Assembly: GCA_963777605.1 (NCBI GenBank)
Contig: CAVZRV010000029.1
Coordinates: 160,001-224,000 of the forward strand
From: an uncultured Acidobacteriota bacterium
GTDB taxonomy: Bacteria > Acidobacteriota > UBA6911 > RPQK01 > JAPXNP01
DNA: 64,000 nucleotides
Reading direction: 5' to 3'
The position numbers and the translations under genes were made by a program. This document shows, piece after piece, positions 30,850 through 42,000 of this stretch (position 1 is its first letter; the number at the start of each line of letters is the position of its first letter). The notes beneath the pieces are model-generated. The model worked only from the letters and a program-made list of their open reading frames with translations. It was not told the DNA's origin and made no database searches.

Positions 30850-31404
30850 TCAGGGCATCAGGACCGAATCGATGACGTGGATCACTCCATTGCTGGTCGA
30901 TATGTCTGCCTTGATGACATGGGCTCCGCCGACCTTGACGCCGACAGCCGTATCGACTGTCAGGGGAGAACCCTGGACGGTGCGCAGGGAGCTGATCCCC
31001 CCGAGGTCGCCGGCTGCGTAGCGGCCGGGAACGACGTGAAAGGTCAGGATGGCCTGCAGCTTCTCGGGGTCCTTGAGGGCGGCCTCGAGGACCTCCTGGG
31101 GGACCTTCGCGAATGCCTCGTCGGTCGGGGCAAATAGGGTGAAGGGGCCCTCAGACTTCAGGGTTTCAACCAGTCCGGCAGCCTGAACCGCTTCCACCAG
31201 ACGGGTGAAGAAGCCCGCCTCGACCGCGGTCTCTACGATGTCTTTCGGTAGGGATCCGCAATGGCCATGCTCTATGGGGTGAGCCTGGGGTGAGCCGGTT
31301 CCCGTGGAACATCCCTTGCGCGGCTTGCAGTACTGCGCCATCGCCATGTTCCACATCATCATCGGCATCATGGGGACCATCATCCAGTTACACTTCTTTT
31401 TCAT
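30850..31404 (-). CDS. Fasciclin (FAS1) domain protein with Met/Cys/His-rich N-terminus
   Basis: DIVETAV...[34 protein letters not shown]. Confidence 0.9.
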   Translation of the reverse strand: MKKKCNWMMVPMMPMMMWNMAMAQYCKPRKGCSTGTGSPQAHPIEHGHCGSLPKDIVETAVEAGFFTRLVEAVQAAGLVETLKSEGPFTLFAPTDEAFAKVPQEVLEAALKDPEKLQAILTFHVVPGRYAAGDLGGISSLRTVQGSPLTVDTAVGVKVGGAHVIKADISTSNGVIHVIDSVLMP

Positions 31405-31558
31405 TTCGGTGGTTCCTTTCTACGGAGGTCAAATAGGGAGAGTATGTCTAGTTAGTGTCCATATTGTGTCTATCTATTGTACGATCGAAATCAGTAAGAA
31501 GTTTCACGATCCCGCGCCTTGGAGATGGTGCGGCACATTCTGATATCTTGATCCCGGG

Positions 31559-32362
31559 ATGACGCCTCTCGAAACAATAAGGAAAGCGGCAAGGCGGTTT
31601 CTGGCTGGAAAGAAGAGGGTGGCGCTGACCGGCGCAGGCATTTCGGTCGATTGTGGAATCCCCGATTTCCGGGGGAAGCACGGAATCTGGTCGCGGTTTA
31701 ACCCGGATGAATATGCCACCATCGAGGCGTTTCTCTCCTACCCTGAGAAGGCGTGGCACTTCTATCGTTGCCTGGGGGACTTGCTCCTCGACCGAAGCCC
31801 GGGTGCGGCCCACCGAGCCTTGGCCGAGCTCGAAAATGGCGGATTGATCGACGGGATTGTGACCCAGAATATCGACGGCCTGCACACTGCGGCCGGCAGT
31901 CGTCAGGTACTGGAGATCCACGGCAGCTTTCAGCAACTGCAGTGCTGTTACTGCCACGAACTGGAAGCCGCCGACCGGTCGGCACTCTCATCCGGGACGG
32001 TTCCCCGCTGTTCTCGTTGCGGAGAGAGGCTCAAGCCGAATGTAGTGCTCTTCGGTGAACCGGTCCGGGAGCTTGCAATGGTGGAGGCGTTGATCTCGCA
32101 GTGTGACGTGTTGCTGCTGATCGGTACTTCGGGAAGCGTTTTTCCGGTGGCCGACTTTCCTCTATCGGTCCACGCTCAGGGCGGATTGCTGATTGAATTC
32201 AATGTTGACGAGACGCCACTCAGCACCTACTGTGATTACACGCTTCCGGGGCGGGCGGACGAGTCCGTGCCGGCCTTTGGAAAAGCGGTCTCCGACTTGA
32301 TTGCCGAGCGGCAACGCTCCAAGGGAAGTTGGGATGAGGGATCGTCAGGCATCCTGAAGTGA
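31559..32362 (+). CDS. cobB: NAD-dependent deacylase (Sir2/CobB family)
   Basis: TGAGIS.CGIPDFRG, TQNIDGLH, HGS, Zn-finger Cys pairs, KPNVVLFGE, IGTSG. Confidence 0.92.
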   Translation: MTPLETIRKAARRFLAGKKRVALTGAGISVDCGIPDFRGKHGIWSRFNPDEYATIEAFLSYPEKAWHFYRCLGDLLLDRSPGAAHRALAELENGGLIDGIVTQNIDGLHTAAGSRQVLEIHGSFQQLQCCYCHELEAADRSALSSGTVPRCSRCGERLKPNVVLFGEPVRELAMVEALISQCDVLLLIGTSGSVFPVADFPLSVHAQGGLLIEFNVDETPLSTYCDYTLPGRADESVPAFGKAVSDLIAERQRSKGSWDEGSSGILK

Positions 32363-32432
32363 AGGAAATCGTTGCACCTGTCGTATGGAGTTGGAAAAGG
32401 CGCGTTGACATTTGCCCGGGGAGGGGCATGAG

Positions 32433-33380
32433 ATGCATTTCCAATTCGAAAAGGCCCTGAAGATATTTCTCAGGACTTACCCTTTCGTTCTGCTGCGACT
32501 TGGAGTGTCGCTGGTTGTATTGGCCCTGACCGTTGGATGGTGGGCCGGAATCTACTACCTTTTCGTTGCCTGGCCGTTTCCCGGGCCTTCCTGGCTTGCC
32601 TGGGTGGTTGGAGGGGTCCTGTTCGGAAGCGGCGTCAAGTGGATTCGCCGCTACGTCCTCTACCTGGTCAAAGCGGGCCACGTTTCAGTGATTACCCGCC
32701 TGGCGATAGAGGGGAACCTCCCGGCGGGAAGCGACCAGATCAGCTATGGCACCCAGACAGTCTTCAGGCACTTCGTTCGTGTATCGGTCCTGTTTGCCGT
32801 GGATCAGTTGGTTCGGGTCGTGCTCAAGGCCTTCAACCGGTCGGTTTTCAAGCTGATCTCGTTCGTCCCCGGCAGCGGTAGCCTGAGAAACTTCTCGAAG
32901 CAGGTGCTGGACTACAGCTTCGGCTACATTGACGAGGCGATTCTCTCCTTCACGCTCTTGCACGCGAGTCGCAATCCCTGGTCGGCTGCGCGGGACGGCC
33001 TCGTTCTCTACGTGCAGAACTGGAAGACGATCCTCGGTACTGGATTCGTCCTGGCTCTGGCCAGCTATGCCATTGTCGGGGCCATCGGCTTGCCCGGCGT
33101 GATCCTGGCTTGGACCGTCCCTACTGTCGCCGGGAAGATTTCAGGTGGTATCCTGGCCGGAGCGGCCCTCGTGATCAAGTTTGCCGTGGTGGATCCATTT
33201 GCGCTGACTGCGGTGATCGTCAATTTTCACGACGCGATCGCGGGGCAACAGGCGGACCCAGGCTGGGCCGAGCGGCTGGAACAGGTCAGCGGGGAATTCA
33301 AGCAGTTCGGGCAAAGGGCCCGGGAATGGGCGACGCCCGTGCCCCAGTCTCCGCCCCAGCCTCCCCCGGCTCCGGTCTAG
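32433..33380 (+). CDS. Hypothetical integral membrane protein
   Basis: Several hydrophobic segments, YLVKAGHV and YIDEAIL motifs, Pro-rich tail. TTGACA at 32405. Confidence 0.7.
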   Translation: MHFQFEKALKIFLRTYPFVLLRLGVSLVVLALTVGWWAGIYYLFVAWPFPGPSWLAWVVGGVLFGSGVKWIRRYVLYLVKAGHVSVITRLAIEGNLPAGSDQISYGTQTVFRHFVRVSVLFAVDQLVRVVLKAFNRSVFKLISFVPGSGSLRNFSKQVLDYSFGYIDEAILSFTLLHASRNPWSAARDGLVLYVQNWKTILGTGFVLALASYAIVGAIGLPGVILAWTVPTVAGKISGGILAGAALVIKFAVVDPFALTAVIVNFHDAIAGQQADPGWAERLEQVSGEFKQFGQRAREWATPVPQSPPQPPPAPV

Positions 33381-33472
33381 CCCGCCGCCGCAGCAGCCTG
33401 GCGAGCAAGGCGAACTGGGCAATTGAAGAAGGACGCCCCGGTCTTACGCGATCCTCGGATACAATATGACGC

Positions 33473-33874
33473 ATGTTTGCGTCGATGCGAAGACTAGTCA
33501 TTGCCGCTGCCGTACTGGTACTGTTCCAGATTGGCTGTGGAGTTACCGAGACGACGGTTGCGGGAGGTCTGCCTGATCACGATCCCGATTTGGCCTATCG
33601 TCTCGTTACCGAAGAACAGGCGCTCCTGCTCGATGTGAGGACTTCTCGAGAATATCTCGCCGGGCACGTGCCCGGAGCGAAGAACATTGATGTTCAGGAA
33701 CTCCCGGCCCGGCTGAACGAAGTCGAAGCGTTGGTCGGTGGAAAGAGGGACCGCCCCATTGTGGTTTACTGCACGCGGGGGGTGCGGGCGGCCCAGGCCA
33801 AGCGAATACTTCTGAAAGCGGGCTACGAAAAGGTCACCAATCTCGGTGGCCTGTACGATTGGCCGACAAAATAA
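33473..33874 (+). CDS. Rhodanese-like domain protein, possibly a lipoprotein
   Basis: LLDVRT..EY..GHVPGA, VVYCTRGVRA, VTNLGG. Hydrophobic N-terminus ending in IGC. Confidence 0.88.
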   Translation: MFASMRRLVIAAAVLVLFQIGCGVTETTVAGGLPDHDPDLAYRLVTEEQALLLDVRTSREYLAGHVPGAKNIDVQELPARLNEVEALVGGKRDRPIVVYCTRGVRAAQAKRILLKAGYEKVTNLGGLYDWPTK

Positions 33875-33955
33875 TCTGAGAGACTCGACGGGTCGGGATT
33901 TCGGTCGGGGATACCGCCTTCTGCGGGCCGTCGCCAGGTGTTTCGGGGGAGTTGG

Positions 33956-35908
33956 ATGCGTTATCTGGCTGCGCTCGTTTTCTGTTTGAGTCTGTGCAGT
34001 TCCCTGAGCGCACAGCAGCCGGAACTGTTGCCGTTACCTTCCGGACCAGCTATTGCCGCGCCCGAGCCTACCCTTCCGCTGGCGAATCCGTTTTCCCGCG
34101 AGCACCTGGAGGTATTTGTGGACGGGCTGATGAGCAGTCAGTTCGAGGCTTACCACCTGGCGGGCGCGGTGGTCGTTGTGGTCAAGGATGACGAGATTCT
34201 TCTCAGCAGGGGCTACGGCAGGGCCGATCTGAGGACGGAGCGAGAGGTTGACCCTGCTGCAACCCTGTTCCGTCTCGGAGACACGTCCAGGATCTTCGTC
34301 TGGACCGCCCTGATGCAGCTCGCCGAACAGAATCGGCTCGACCTCAATCGCGACGTTAACACCTACCTCAAGGAATTCAAGGTTCCCGACGCGTATCCTC
34401 AGCCGGTCACAAGTGCCGACCTGATGGGCCACACGGCCGGCTTCGAGGCACGTTATCTCGGGATGCTGTTGCCCGCGTTCTCGGACATCCGACCCCTGGA
34501 ATCGACTCTCTCCGCCAGTTTCCCCGAGCGGGTCCGCCCCCCCGGCACGGTAGCAGCCTACTCGGACTATGGGGCTGCTCTGGGAGCGTTGATCGTTCAG
34601 GAAATCTCGGGCGAGACCTGGGCCGACTATCTCGCTTCGAAGATCCTGGATCCGCTGGGCATGAGCAGAACCTCGATTGCGCAACCTCTGGAGCCGAGCC
34701 TGGCCGACGACCTTTCCCGCGGTTACTTCTTTGATGAGGGTCGCTTGGAGCGCGCAGATTTTGAGATCGTCCGTCTACCTTCGGCGCTGGGAATGAGTAC
34801 GACTGGCGAGGACATGGGCCGCTTTGTGATCGCCCAACTCCAGGCGGGGAGTTACCACGGGGGAAGAATCCTGCAGCCTGAGACCGTGAGCCGGATGCAG
34901 AGCGAACTCTATACCCAGGATGCGCGCTTTCCTGGAATGGCATACGGATTCATCACCCGACAGGTAAACGAGCAGAGGCTCGTCGGCCATTCGGGAGGGC
35001 TGCTTTACTTCCACTCCGAGTTGTGGATGGATCCCGACCAGCACGTGGGGTTTTTCGTGGCCTACAACAGCGAAGACGGTGTGAGGGCCGGCAGGGATTT
35101 CAGTGCGGCGTTAATCGATCACTGGTTTCCGTCAACGCCGTCTCCAGCGAATCGGGAACCGGTGGGCTTGCCCGGACGTGCCCAGGTGATGACCGGAAGC
35201 TACCTGCCGACCCGGCGGCCCTTCACGACCATTGACAAATTGACTGACTGGATGGCGTACGCGAACGTTCGCGTTGGAAAAGATGGTTTGCTGCTCACCG
35301 AGCTGCCGGGCCGGGGACCTCAGGAATGGCAGGAGTACGAACCCTTTGCTTTCCGGGAGTGCGAAGGAAGTGGCAGGCTCCTTTTCAAGGTGGACTCCGC
35401 CAACGGGCGGACCCTGCTGCTGCTGGGAGACAACCCCGAACTGGCTTTCGAAAAGCTGCCCGATTACGAATCTCCGGAATTCCACGTCCTGGTCGTTTCC
35501 CTGGCGGGGCTGCTGTTCTTTTCTACCCTGGCGTTCCCGGTTATCCGGTCTCTGCTGGTACGTCGAAGCGACGAGATGCTGGCCCGGAGAGACGTGACTC
35601 ACCCGTTGATTCGCGGACTGGCTTCCTTCCTGAGCCTGATCAACCTGGCGTTCCTGGCGGGACTTCTTTACCTGCTTGGAGACCCTCTGCTCCTCCTGAG
35701 AGGGGTGCCGGCATCGATGGTGACCCTGCTCGTGCTTCCAGTCGTAAGTGGGTCGCTGACGCTGATCATGATGATCGTGACTTTTTTTGCATGGCGGGGC
35801 GGCTACTGGGGAATGGCGGCACGGCTGCACTATTCCTTCGTGACGCTGGCAGCGCTGGCATTTTTATGGGAACTCAACTTCTGGAATCTCCTGGGTTGGC
35901 GTTTCTGA
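33956..35908 (+). CDS. Membrane-anchored beta-lactamase-fold serine hydrolase homolog lacking the SxxK motif
   Basis: LMGHTAGF, YSDY, LDPLGM, GHSG, three C-terminal TM segments. FRLGDTSRIF replaces the usual F.IGSxSK. Confidence 0.8.
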   Translation: MRYLAALVFCLSLCSSLSAQQPELLPLPSGPAIAAPEPTLPLANPFSREHLEVFVDGLMSSQFEAYHLAGAVVVVVKDDEILLSRGYGRADLRTEREVDPAATLFRLGDTSRIFVWTALMQLAEQNRLDLNRDVNTYLKEFKVPDAYPQPVTSADLMGHTAGFEARYLGMLLPAFSDIRPLESTLSASFPERVRPPGTVAAYSDYGAALGALIVQEISGETWADYLASKILDPLGMSRTSIAQPLEPSLADDLSRGYFFDEGRLERADFEIVRLPSALGMSTTGEDMGRFVIAQLQAGSYHGGRILQPETVSRMQSELYTQDARFPGMAYGFITRQVNEQRLVGHSGGLLYFHSELWMDPDQHVGFFVAYNSEDGVRAGRDFSAALIDHWFPSTPSPANREPVGLPGRAQVMTGSYLPTRRPFTTIDKLTDWMAYANVRVGKDGLLLTELPGRGPQEWQEYEPFAFRECEGSGRLLFKVDSANGRTLLLLGDNPELAFEKLPDYESPEFHVLVVSLAGLLFFSTLAFPVIRSLLVRRSDEMLARRDVTHPLIRGLASFLSLINLAFLAGLLYLLGDPLLLLRGVPASMVTLLVLPVVSGSLTLIMMIVTFFAWRGGYWGMAARLHYSFVTLAALAFLWELNFWNLLGWRF

Positions 35909-35959
35909 TGTTTCGATTCGGCAATTCCGAGGGCTTGCCGGGAGGCGCCAGGGCGAAGC

Positions 35960-38900
35960 ATGGCCTCCAATGAAATCGTGACATCATTCGATTCCGGGCG
36001 GCTGGCTGAGGCCCGCCGATGGCTGGCTGCGCGGTCGGGAGGGTCGTCGGTGATTGCTCCCATGAAAGCTGCCTGCGACGAACTGGCCCTTGCCGTGGCC
36101 GAAAATGGGAATGGCTTGGTCGGTGTTCAACGTTTCTCTCCAGGGTCGTTCTTCCTGTCGCTAGCCTCCCCGATGCTCGTCCAAAAGGGGATGGCCCCGA
36201 TCGGAGGGCTTGGGTTCGAGGCTTTGGTCGCTCGTTCCGTCAACCGACTCGCGCAGTCGGGTCGTCTCCGCTACTTCGAGCCGATCGCCCAGATGCCCGG
36301 CTTTCCCCGCGCAGTCGCGAGAACGGCTGAAGAGATGAGGATGAATCGGGTATCGGGCGAATCCTTGCGAGGCGGCAACGAGCAGGACGTTGATCTGGCT
36401 GACATCCTGGACGAACTCGCTGGAGAACTGGCCGCAAGGAGGTTGGCCGACCCGGCCCTGATTCGTCGGCTTGCTCTTGAGCGGGTCGAGAGCGATCGCG
36501 AACCACCGGTCCCTCCCGATTTGCTTTTTCTCGACTACGTTCCTGGATCCCGTATCGAGATGGACCTGACCGCGGCGCTGTCGCGATGGCACGAGGATGT
36601 CCTCGCGGTCCTGCCGGCCTGGGATCGTGATGGGATCCGGTCCCTGGTCTCGCTTCTGGGTACCCGCTCTCGTGAGGTGGGAGGACCGGAAGTCCTCGGA
36701 AAAGACCTCCTCGATCATTGCCGACGTTTCCTTTTCGCCGAGTCGCTGCCCGATCCTCCCTCCGAAAAGGACCGGTTTGAATTCTTCTCGGCACCCGGTG
36801 AAGACCGCGAATGCGTGGAGATCGCGCGGCGCATCCTCGCACTTGCCGACCTCGGCATTCGGTTTGACGAGATCGCCATTCTGCTCAGAGATGCAGGCTT
36901 CTACCAGGGTCCCCTGTCCGACGCCCTGGCGAGCGCCGGTATCCCGGCCCACTTCTCTCGTGGCACTCCGAGGCCAAACCCGCCGGGGCGCGCATTCATG
37001 GCGCTCCTCGATTGTGCCGCTGAGGGGCTGTCGTCGAGGAGGATGGCCGAGTTTCTCTCCTTCGAGAATCACCCGCGTTGGGACGATCTGCTGGACCGGG
37101 CGGAAGGCGCCAGGGATTTGCCGACCTGGCGGAGGCTTCTGGCCGGGCTGGCGGCTGAGACTCGTGTCATGCTGAACCGGCTCGAAGGGGAAGAGCCGGT
37201 TGCCGCCGGTCTGAATCGGCGTCTAGAAAGACTCGACGACCTGACCGGAGTGGTTTTTCCGCTGTTGGAGCAACTCGCTGCCTGGCCCTCGCAATTGTCC
37301 TGGGGAGAGTGGCTGGTTCGGCTTGAGTCGTTGGCCGGTGAGGCGCTCAAGGACGGGGAGCCAATTCGGGACGTCCTCCGAGAACTGGAGCCGATGGGAG
37401 AAGTTGGTCCGGTCGGATTGGAGGAGGTCCGAAGGGTTCTCCAATACCGGCTCCGCGATACTACCGATCCGCCCTCGTCGGATCGCTACGGGAGGGTGTT
37501 CGTTGGCCCCGTGGAGTCGGCGGCCGGACGTTCGTTCGAAGTGGTCTTCCTGCCCGGGCTTGCCGAGGGTCTCTTCCCCAGGAAAGTGCTCGAAGATCCG
37601 ATTCTCCTCGATGACCGTCGCCGAATCCTTGATCCGGTGTTGAAGACACGTCAGTCTGGGATTGCAGCAGAACGTCGTCTGCTGCTTGCCGCGGTTGGCG
37701 TTGCCCGAAGCCGGCTGTTCGTCTCTCATCCCCGAATCGACCTGATGCAGGGAAGGGGTCGGGTGCCCTCCCTGTTTGCCCTGGAGTTGTTGCGGGCGGT
37801 GAAAGGCGCTTTCCCCGAGCTGTCTCAACTCGATCGGGAAAGCGGAGTCGAGAGCGCGTTCCGCCTGGGGTGGCCCGCTCCGCTCGACCCGATGGCGGCC
37901 ATCGATCCCAGCGAGTTCGACCTGGCCAGGTTGGGGACGCTTTTGTACGGGACCTCGAATGATCTCCGGGGACGAGGGCGGTTCCTGCTCCAGGTAAACC
38001 CCTGGCTGGCCCGTTCGGTGCGGGCCCGTTACAAGCGATGGCAGCAGGCTTGGTCCGATGACGACGGCATCGTCGCTCCGCGGGAGCCCGAGGTCAAGGA
38101 GATTCTTTCGTCCCAGTTGCTCACGGAGAGAAGCTTCTCTCCGACCGCTCTCCAGAACTTTTCTCGGTGTCCCTATCGTTTCTTCCTTTACGCAATTCTC
38201 AAGCTGCAGCCGAGGGGTCGCTGGGAACCGGTAGAGCAGATGAACCCGCTGGTGCGAGGAAGCCTCATCCATGAAACTCAGTTCAGGCTGTTTGAGAGAC
38301 TCGAAGCAGAAGGCCTTCTCCCGACTGATCAAGCCCCGGTTGAGCGGCTGCTCGACCTGCTCGACGAGGTTCTGAACGAGACCGTAGGTTCCTACGAATC
38401 GGAACTCATGCCAGCCCTCCCGGCAATCTGGCAAACTCAGGTCGAGGAGGTCCGAGTCGATCTCAGGACCTGGGTCAGGGAGATGGCAGCGGACGAGGGC
38501 TGGCTTCCGGTCAGATGGGAACTTTCCTTCGGTTTGCCGAAAGAGCCGGGGCGGGATCCACGAAGTCAGACCGAAGAGGTCGTTCTGAAGGGAGGTTTCC
38601 GGGTTCGCGGTGCCGTGGACCTGGTCGAGCAGCGGCGCGACACGGGGGCACTCCGGGTAACTGACCACAAGACAGGTCGTTCCCCGGTGCCGGAACCCCG
38701 GGTCGTAGGGGGCGGGGAGAGCCTTCAGCCGCTCCTTTACGCGATAGCACTGGAGCAACTGTTCCCGGGCACCGAGATCAGCAGCGGGCTCTATTACTGC
38801 ACTCAACGGGGAGGGTTCCGCCGCCTCGACTTCCCCTTGAACGCGAATGGCCGGCAGGCTGTGTCGGCGGTTTTGGAACTGATCAACCGGTCGATCGACA

Positions 38901-39046
38901 CTGGTTTCCTGCCTGCGGCACCGCGAGAAGATGCCTGCCGGAACTGTGAGTACCATTCGATTTGTGGACCGTACGAGGAACTCAGGGTGGCCCGGAAGGA
39001 TCGCCGGGCGCTTAGGGACCTGCTTATGTTGAGGGCGATGCCGTGA
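35960..39046 (+). CDS. addB: AddB-like PD-(D/E)XK nuclease subunit with Fe-S Cys
   Basis: FSPTALQNFSRCPY, RGAVDLVE, TDHKTG, LQPLLY, CRNCEYHSIC. Confidence 0.8.
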   Translation: MASNEIVTSFDSGRLAEARRWLAARSGGSSVIAPMKAACDELALAVAENGNGLVGVQRFSPGSFFLSLASPMLVQKGMAPIGGLGFEALVARSVNRLAQSGRLRYFEPIAQMPGFPRAVARTAEEMRMNRVSGESLRGGNEQDVDLADILDELAGELAARRLADPALIRRLALERVESDREPPVPPDLLFLDYVPGSRIEMDLTAALSRWHEDVLAVLPAWDRDGIRSLVSLLGTRSREVGGPEVLGKDLLDHCRRFLFAESLPDPPSEKDRFEFFSAPGEDRECVEIARRILALADLGIRFDEIAILLRDAGFYQGPLSDALASAGIPAHFSRGTPRPNPPGRAFMALLDCAAEGLSSRRMAEFLSFENHPRWDDLLDRAEGARDLPTWRRLLAGLAAETRVMLNRLEGEEPVAAGLNRRLERLDDLTGVVFPLLEQLAAWPSQLSWGEWLVRLESLAGEALKDGEPIRDVLRELEPMGEVGPVGLEEVRRVLQYRLRDTTDPPSSDRYGRVFVGPVESAAGRSFEVVFLPGLAEGLFPRKVLEDPILLDDRRRILDPVLKTRQSGIAAERRLLLAAVGVARSRLFVSHPRIDLMQGRGRVPSLFALELLRAVKGAFPELSQLDRESGVESAFRLGWPAPLDPMAAIDPSEFDLARLGTLLYGTSNDLRGRGRFLLQVNPWLARSVRARYKRWQQAWSDDDGIVAPREPEVKEILSSQLLTERSFSPTALQNFSRCPYRFFLYAILKLQPRGRWEPVEQMNPLVRGSLIHETQFRLFERLEAEGLLPTDQAPVERLLDLLDEVLNETVGSYESELMPALPAIWQTQVEEVRVDLRTWVREMAADEGWLPVRWELSFGLPKEPGRDPRSQTEEVVLKGGFRVRGAVDLVEQRRDTGALRVTDHKTGRSPVPEPRVVGGGESLQPLLYAIALEQLFPGTEISSGLYYCTQRGGFRRLDFPLNANGRQAVSAVLELINRSIDTGFLPAAPREDACRNCEYHSICGPYEELRVARKDRRALRDLLMLRAMP

Positions 39047-42000
39047 GTGGTCAGGTGAGATTGAGAGACGCCGAAGCTCGAGAACGGATCGCCCACGACC
39101 TCGATGTCAGCATGATGGTCGAAGCTGCGGCCGGAACCGGGAAAACGACCGTTCTGGTTCGCCGGATCGTTGAGATTCTGAGGTCGGGGCGGGCGGATCC
39201 TTCGAGCATCGTGGCGATCACGTTCACGCGAAGGGCGGCCGGCGAATTAAAGCTCCGCCTGCGCCGGGAACTCGATCGAGCCCTGTCGGAATCTCCCGAC
39301 GAGCCGGTAAGGACCCGACTCTGGACGGCGGCCTCGACCCTGGAAGAGGCCCACATCGGGACGATTCACTCCTTTTGCGGAGATCTCCTGCGGGAACGAC
39401 CGGTGGAAGCCCGGGTGGATCCGGGATTCGACGAATTTGGAGAAGAGGAGGCCGGCGCCTTCTTCGACCAGGTTTTTCGCCGTTGGGTTGAAGACCGCCT
39501 GGGCGACCTTCCCGACGGGTTTTCTCGCGTCCTCAATCGATCGATGGCCCGACAGCAGGGCGCGAGCGACTCCCCTACGCGTCAACTGCGGGACGCCGCC
39601 TGGAAGTTCCGGGACTGGCGGGATTTCGGTGCCTCCTGGGAGCAGCGTCCGTTTGACCGGAAGGGCGAGATCGACCAACTGGTGGATCGAATTCAGGCGA
39701 TGGTCGAGACGACGGGACGCCCTGCGAACCGAAGAGACCCTCTGTGGGAGTCGCTCCGACCTCTCTACGAGTTGGAAGCCTGGATCAGCCGCGCGGAACG
39801 GGAGCGAGGGCGGGACCATGACCAGCTGGAGGCTTTTCTGGTCAACCTTCCGAGGCAGATTAAGAAGGTGCGGTACCTGGGTTCGGGGCCCTTCGCGGGA
39901 GGGGTTCCGAGGAAGGCGGTGCTCGATTCAAGGGAACGGCTTCTCGGAGAGCTGGAAGACTTTGTTCAGGCGGCTGACGCCGACCTTGCGGTCTATCTTC
40001 AGCAGGAATTCCGGTTCCTGATCGATCAATACGAGCGTGCCAAGGAACGCTCCGGAAACCTGGACTTCGTGGATCTGCTGATCCGGGCAAGGAACCTGGT
40101 TCGCGACGCGCCCGGCGTCAGAGCTCATTTCCAGACCCGCTTTTCCCACATCCTGGTGGACGAATTCCAGGACACTGACCCTCTTCAGGCCGAACTGCTG
40201 TTCCTGCTTGCGTGCGAGGACCCCGCGGTCTGTGACTGGCGCCGGGCCAGGCCTGCCCCGGGCAAGTTCTTCCTGGTCGGTGACCCGAAGCAGTCGATCT
40301 ATCGATTCCGACGTGCCGACGTTCTCCTCTACGAGGAAATCAAGAGCCGCTTGGTGAAGTGGGGCACTCCTCTGCTCCACCTGACCGAGAACTTCCGCTC
40401 TGCGGAACCGGTCCTTTCCCTGGTCAATGCCGCCTTTGCGGACGAGATGGCGCTGGATCTCGATGCTGGCCAGCCGGGGTACGTGCCGCTTACCGCGACA
40501 AGAACCGCGTTGCCCTCCCAGCCTTCGATTCTCGCACTGCCGGTACCGGCGCCTTACGGGAAGATGTACCTGTCGCGGGCAGCGGTGGAGGCTTCGCTGC
40601 CTGCGGCCATAGCCGGTTTTGTTGCATGGGCGATCGAGAAGTCCGGCTGGGTAGTCCGCGATCCATCGTCCGGGGGGCGAGAGACCCCGGTTCGGCCCGG
40701 ACATTTCGCGATTCTGTTCCGCCGCTTTGTCTCCTGGGGAAACGACATGACACGCGACTATGCGAGAGAACTGGAGGCTCGCGGAGTCCCCCACATTCTG
40801 CTCGGCTCCCGTTCGTTTCACGGACGGGAGGAGGTCGAGATGATCCGAACCGCCCTGACAGCGATCGAGCGCCCGGATGATGAGCTCGAGGTGTACGCGT
40901 CGTTAAGAGGGTCGCTTTTCTCGATCCCGGACCGGGTCCTGCTCTGGTATCGGCATCAGTTCGGGAAACTCAATCCCCTGAGCCGGGTGGAAGGGGAGGC
41001 GCCTCCGGCACTCGAGCCCGTGTCGCGGGCGCTGGAAATTCTGGCGCACCTCCACGGTGAGCGCAATCGCCGTTCTATCGTATCGACGATCAATGAACTG
41101 CTGGAGTCCACGCGTGCCCAGGCCGGATTCGCACTGCGTCCGGCCGGGCACCAGGTACTGGCCAACGTCAGACGGATCTGCAATATGGCGCGCTGGTACG
41201 AACTCAGAGGAGGAACCTCATTTCGAGGTTTCGTTGAGTGGCTGCATGAACAGGCGGAACGCCGGACTCCTGAGGCACCTGTCTTCGAAGAAGGGATGGA
41301 TGGAGTTCAGTTGACGACGGTTCATGCGGCCAAGGGTTTAGAGTATCCGATCGTGATCCTGGCAGACATGACTTGCCGACAGAGCATTGCCCGGGCCGAC
41401 CGGTACATTGATCTTGACCGGGACCTGGCTGCCTTCAGCCTGATGGGGTGCCGACCCTGGGAATTGCTCGAAAACGAAGAACTCGAAACCACTCGAGACC
41501 GCGCCGAGGCGGTCAGGATTGCCTATGTCGCGGCGACTCGGGCGCGTGACATGCTGGTAGTTCCGGCCGTGGGCGATGAGGCTATGGACGGCTGGCTCGG
41601 TGTCCTGAACCCGGGGATCTATCCTCCGGTGGAACGGCGCAGAAAGCCGCTGCCGGCACCCGGATGTCCTCCTTTCGGATCGGACTCAGTGGTGGATCGC
41701 CCTCCGGCGGCGTTCCAGTCTCTTGGCACCTCGGTCGCGCCCGGGTTGCATCAGGCGGAGCAGGGGACTCAGCCCGTGGTCTGGTTCGATCCCCACCTCC
41801 TCAACCTTTCCGTTTCGGGGAATCTCGGGCTGCGCCAGGAACAATTGCTGGCTGAGGCGCCACCGGGTGGCAGCGTGGATGACGGGTTGGCCGAATTCAG
41901 GAACTGGAACCGGCTCCGGGATCGCCGGCTGGAATCGGGCGCGCTCCCCTCGCGTACCCTTCTGAACGTGCACGAATCATTGTCTCGAAGGGATCCGCCT

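Noticed and set aside
31559-32362. Sir2 protein as a Thoeris/DSR-type defence NADase
   Set aside because: It has the Zn-finger and full motif set of housekeeping CobB-type deacylases and no partner genes.
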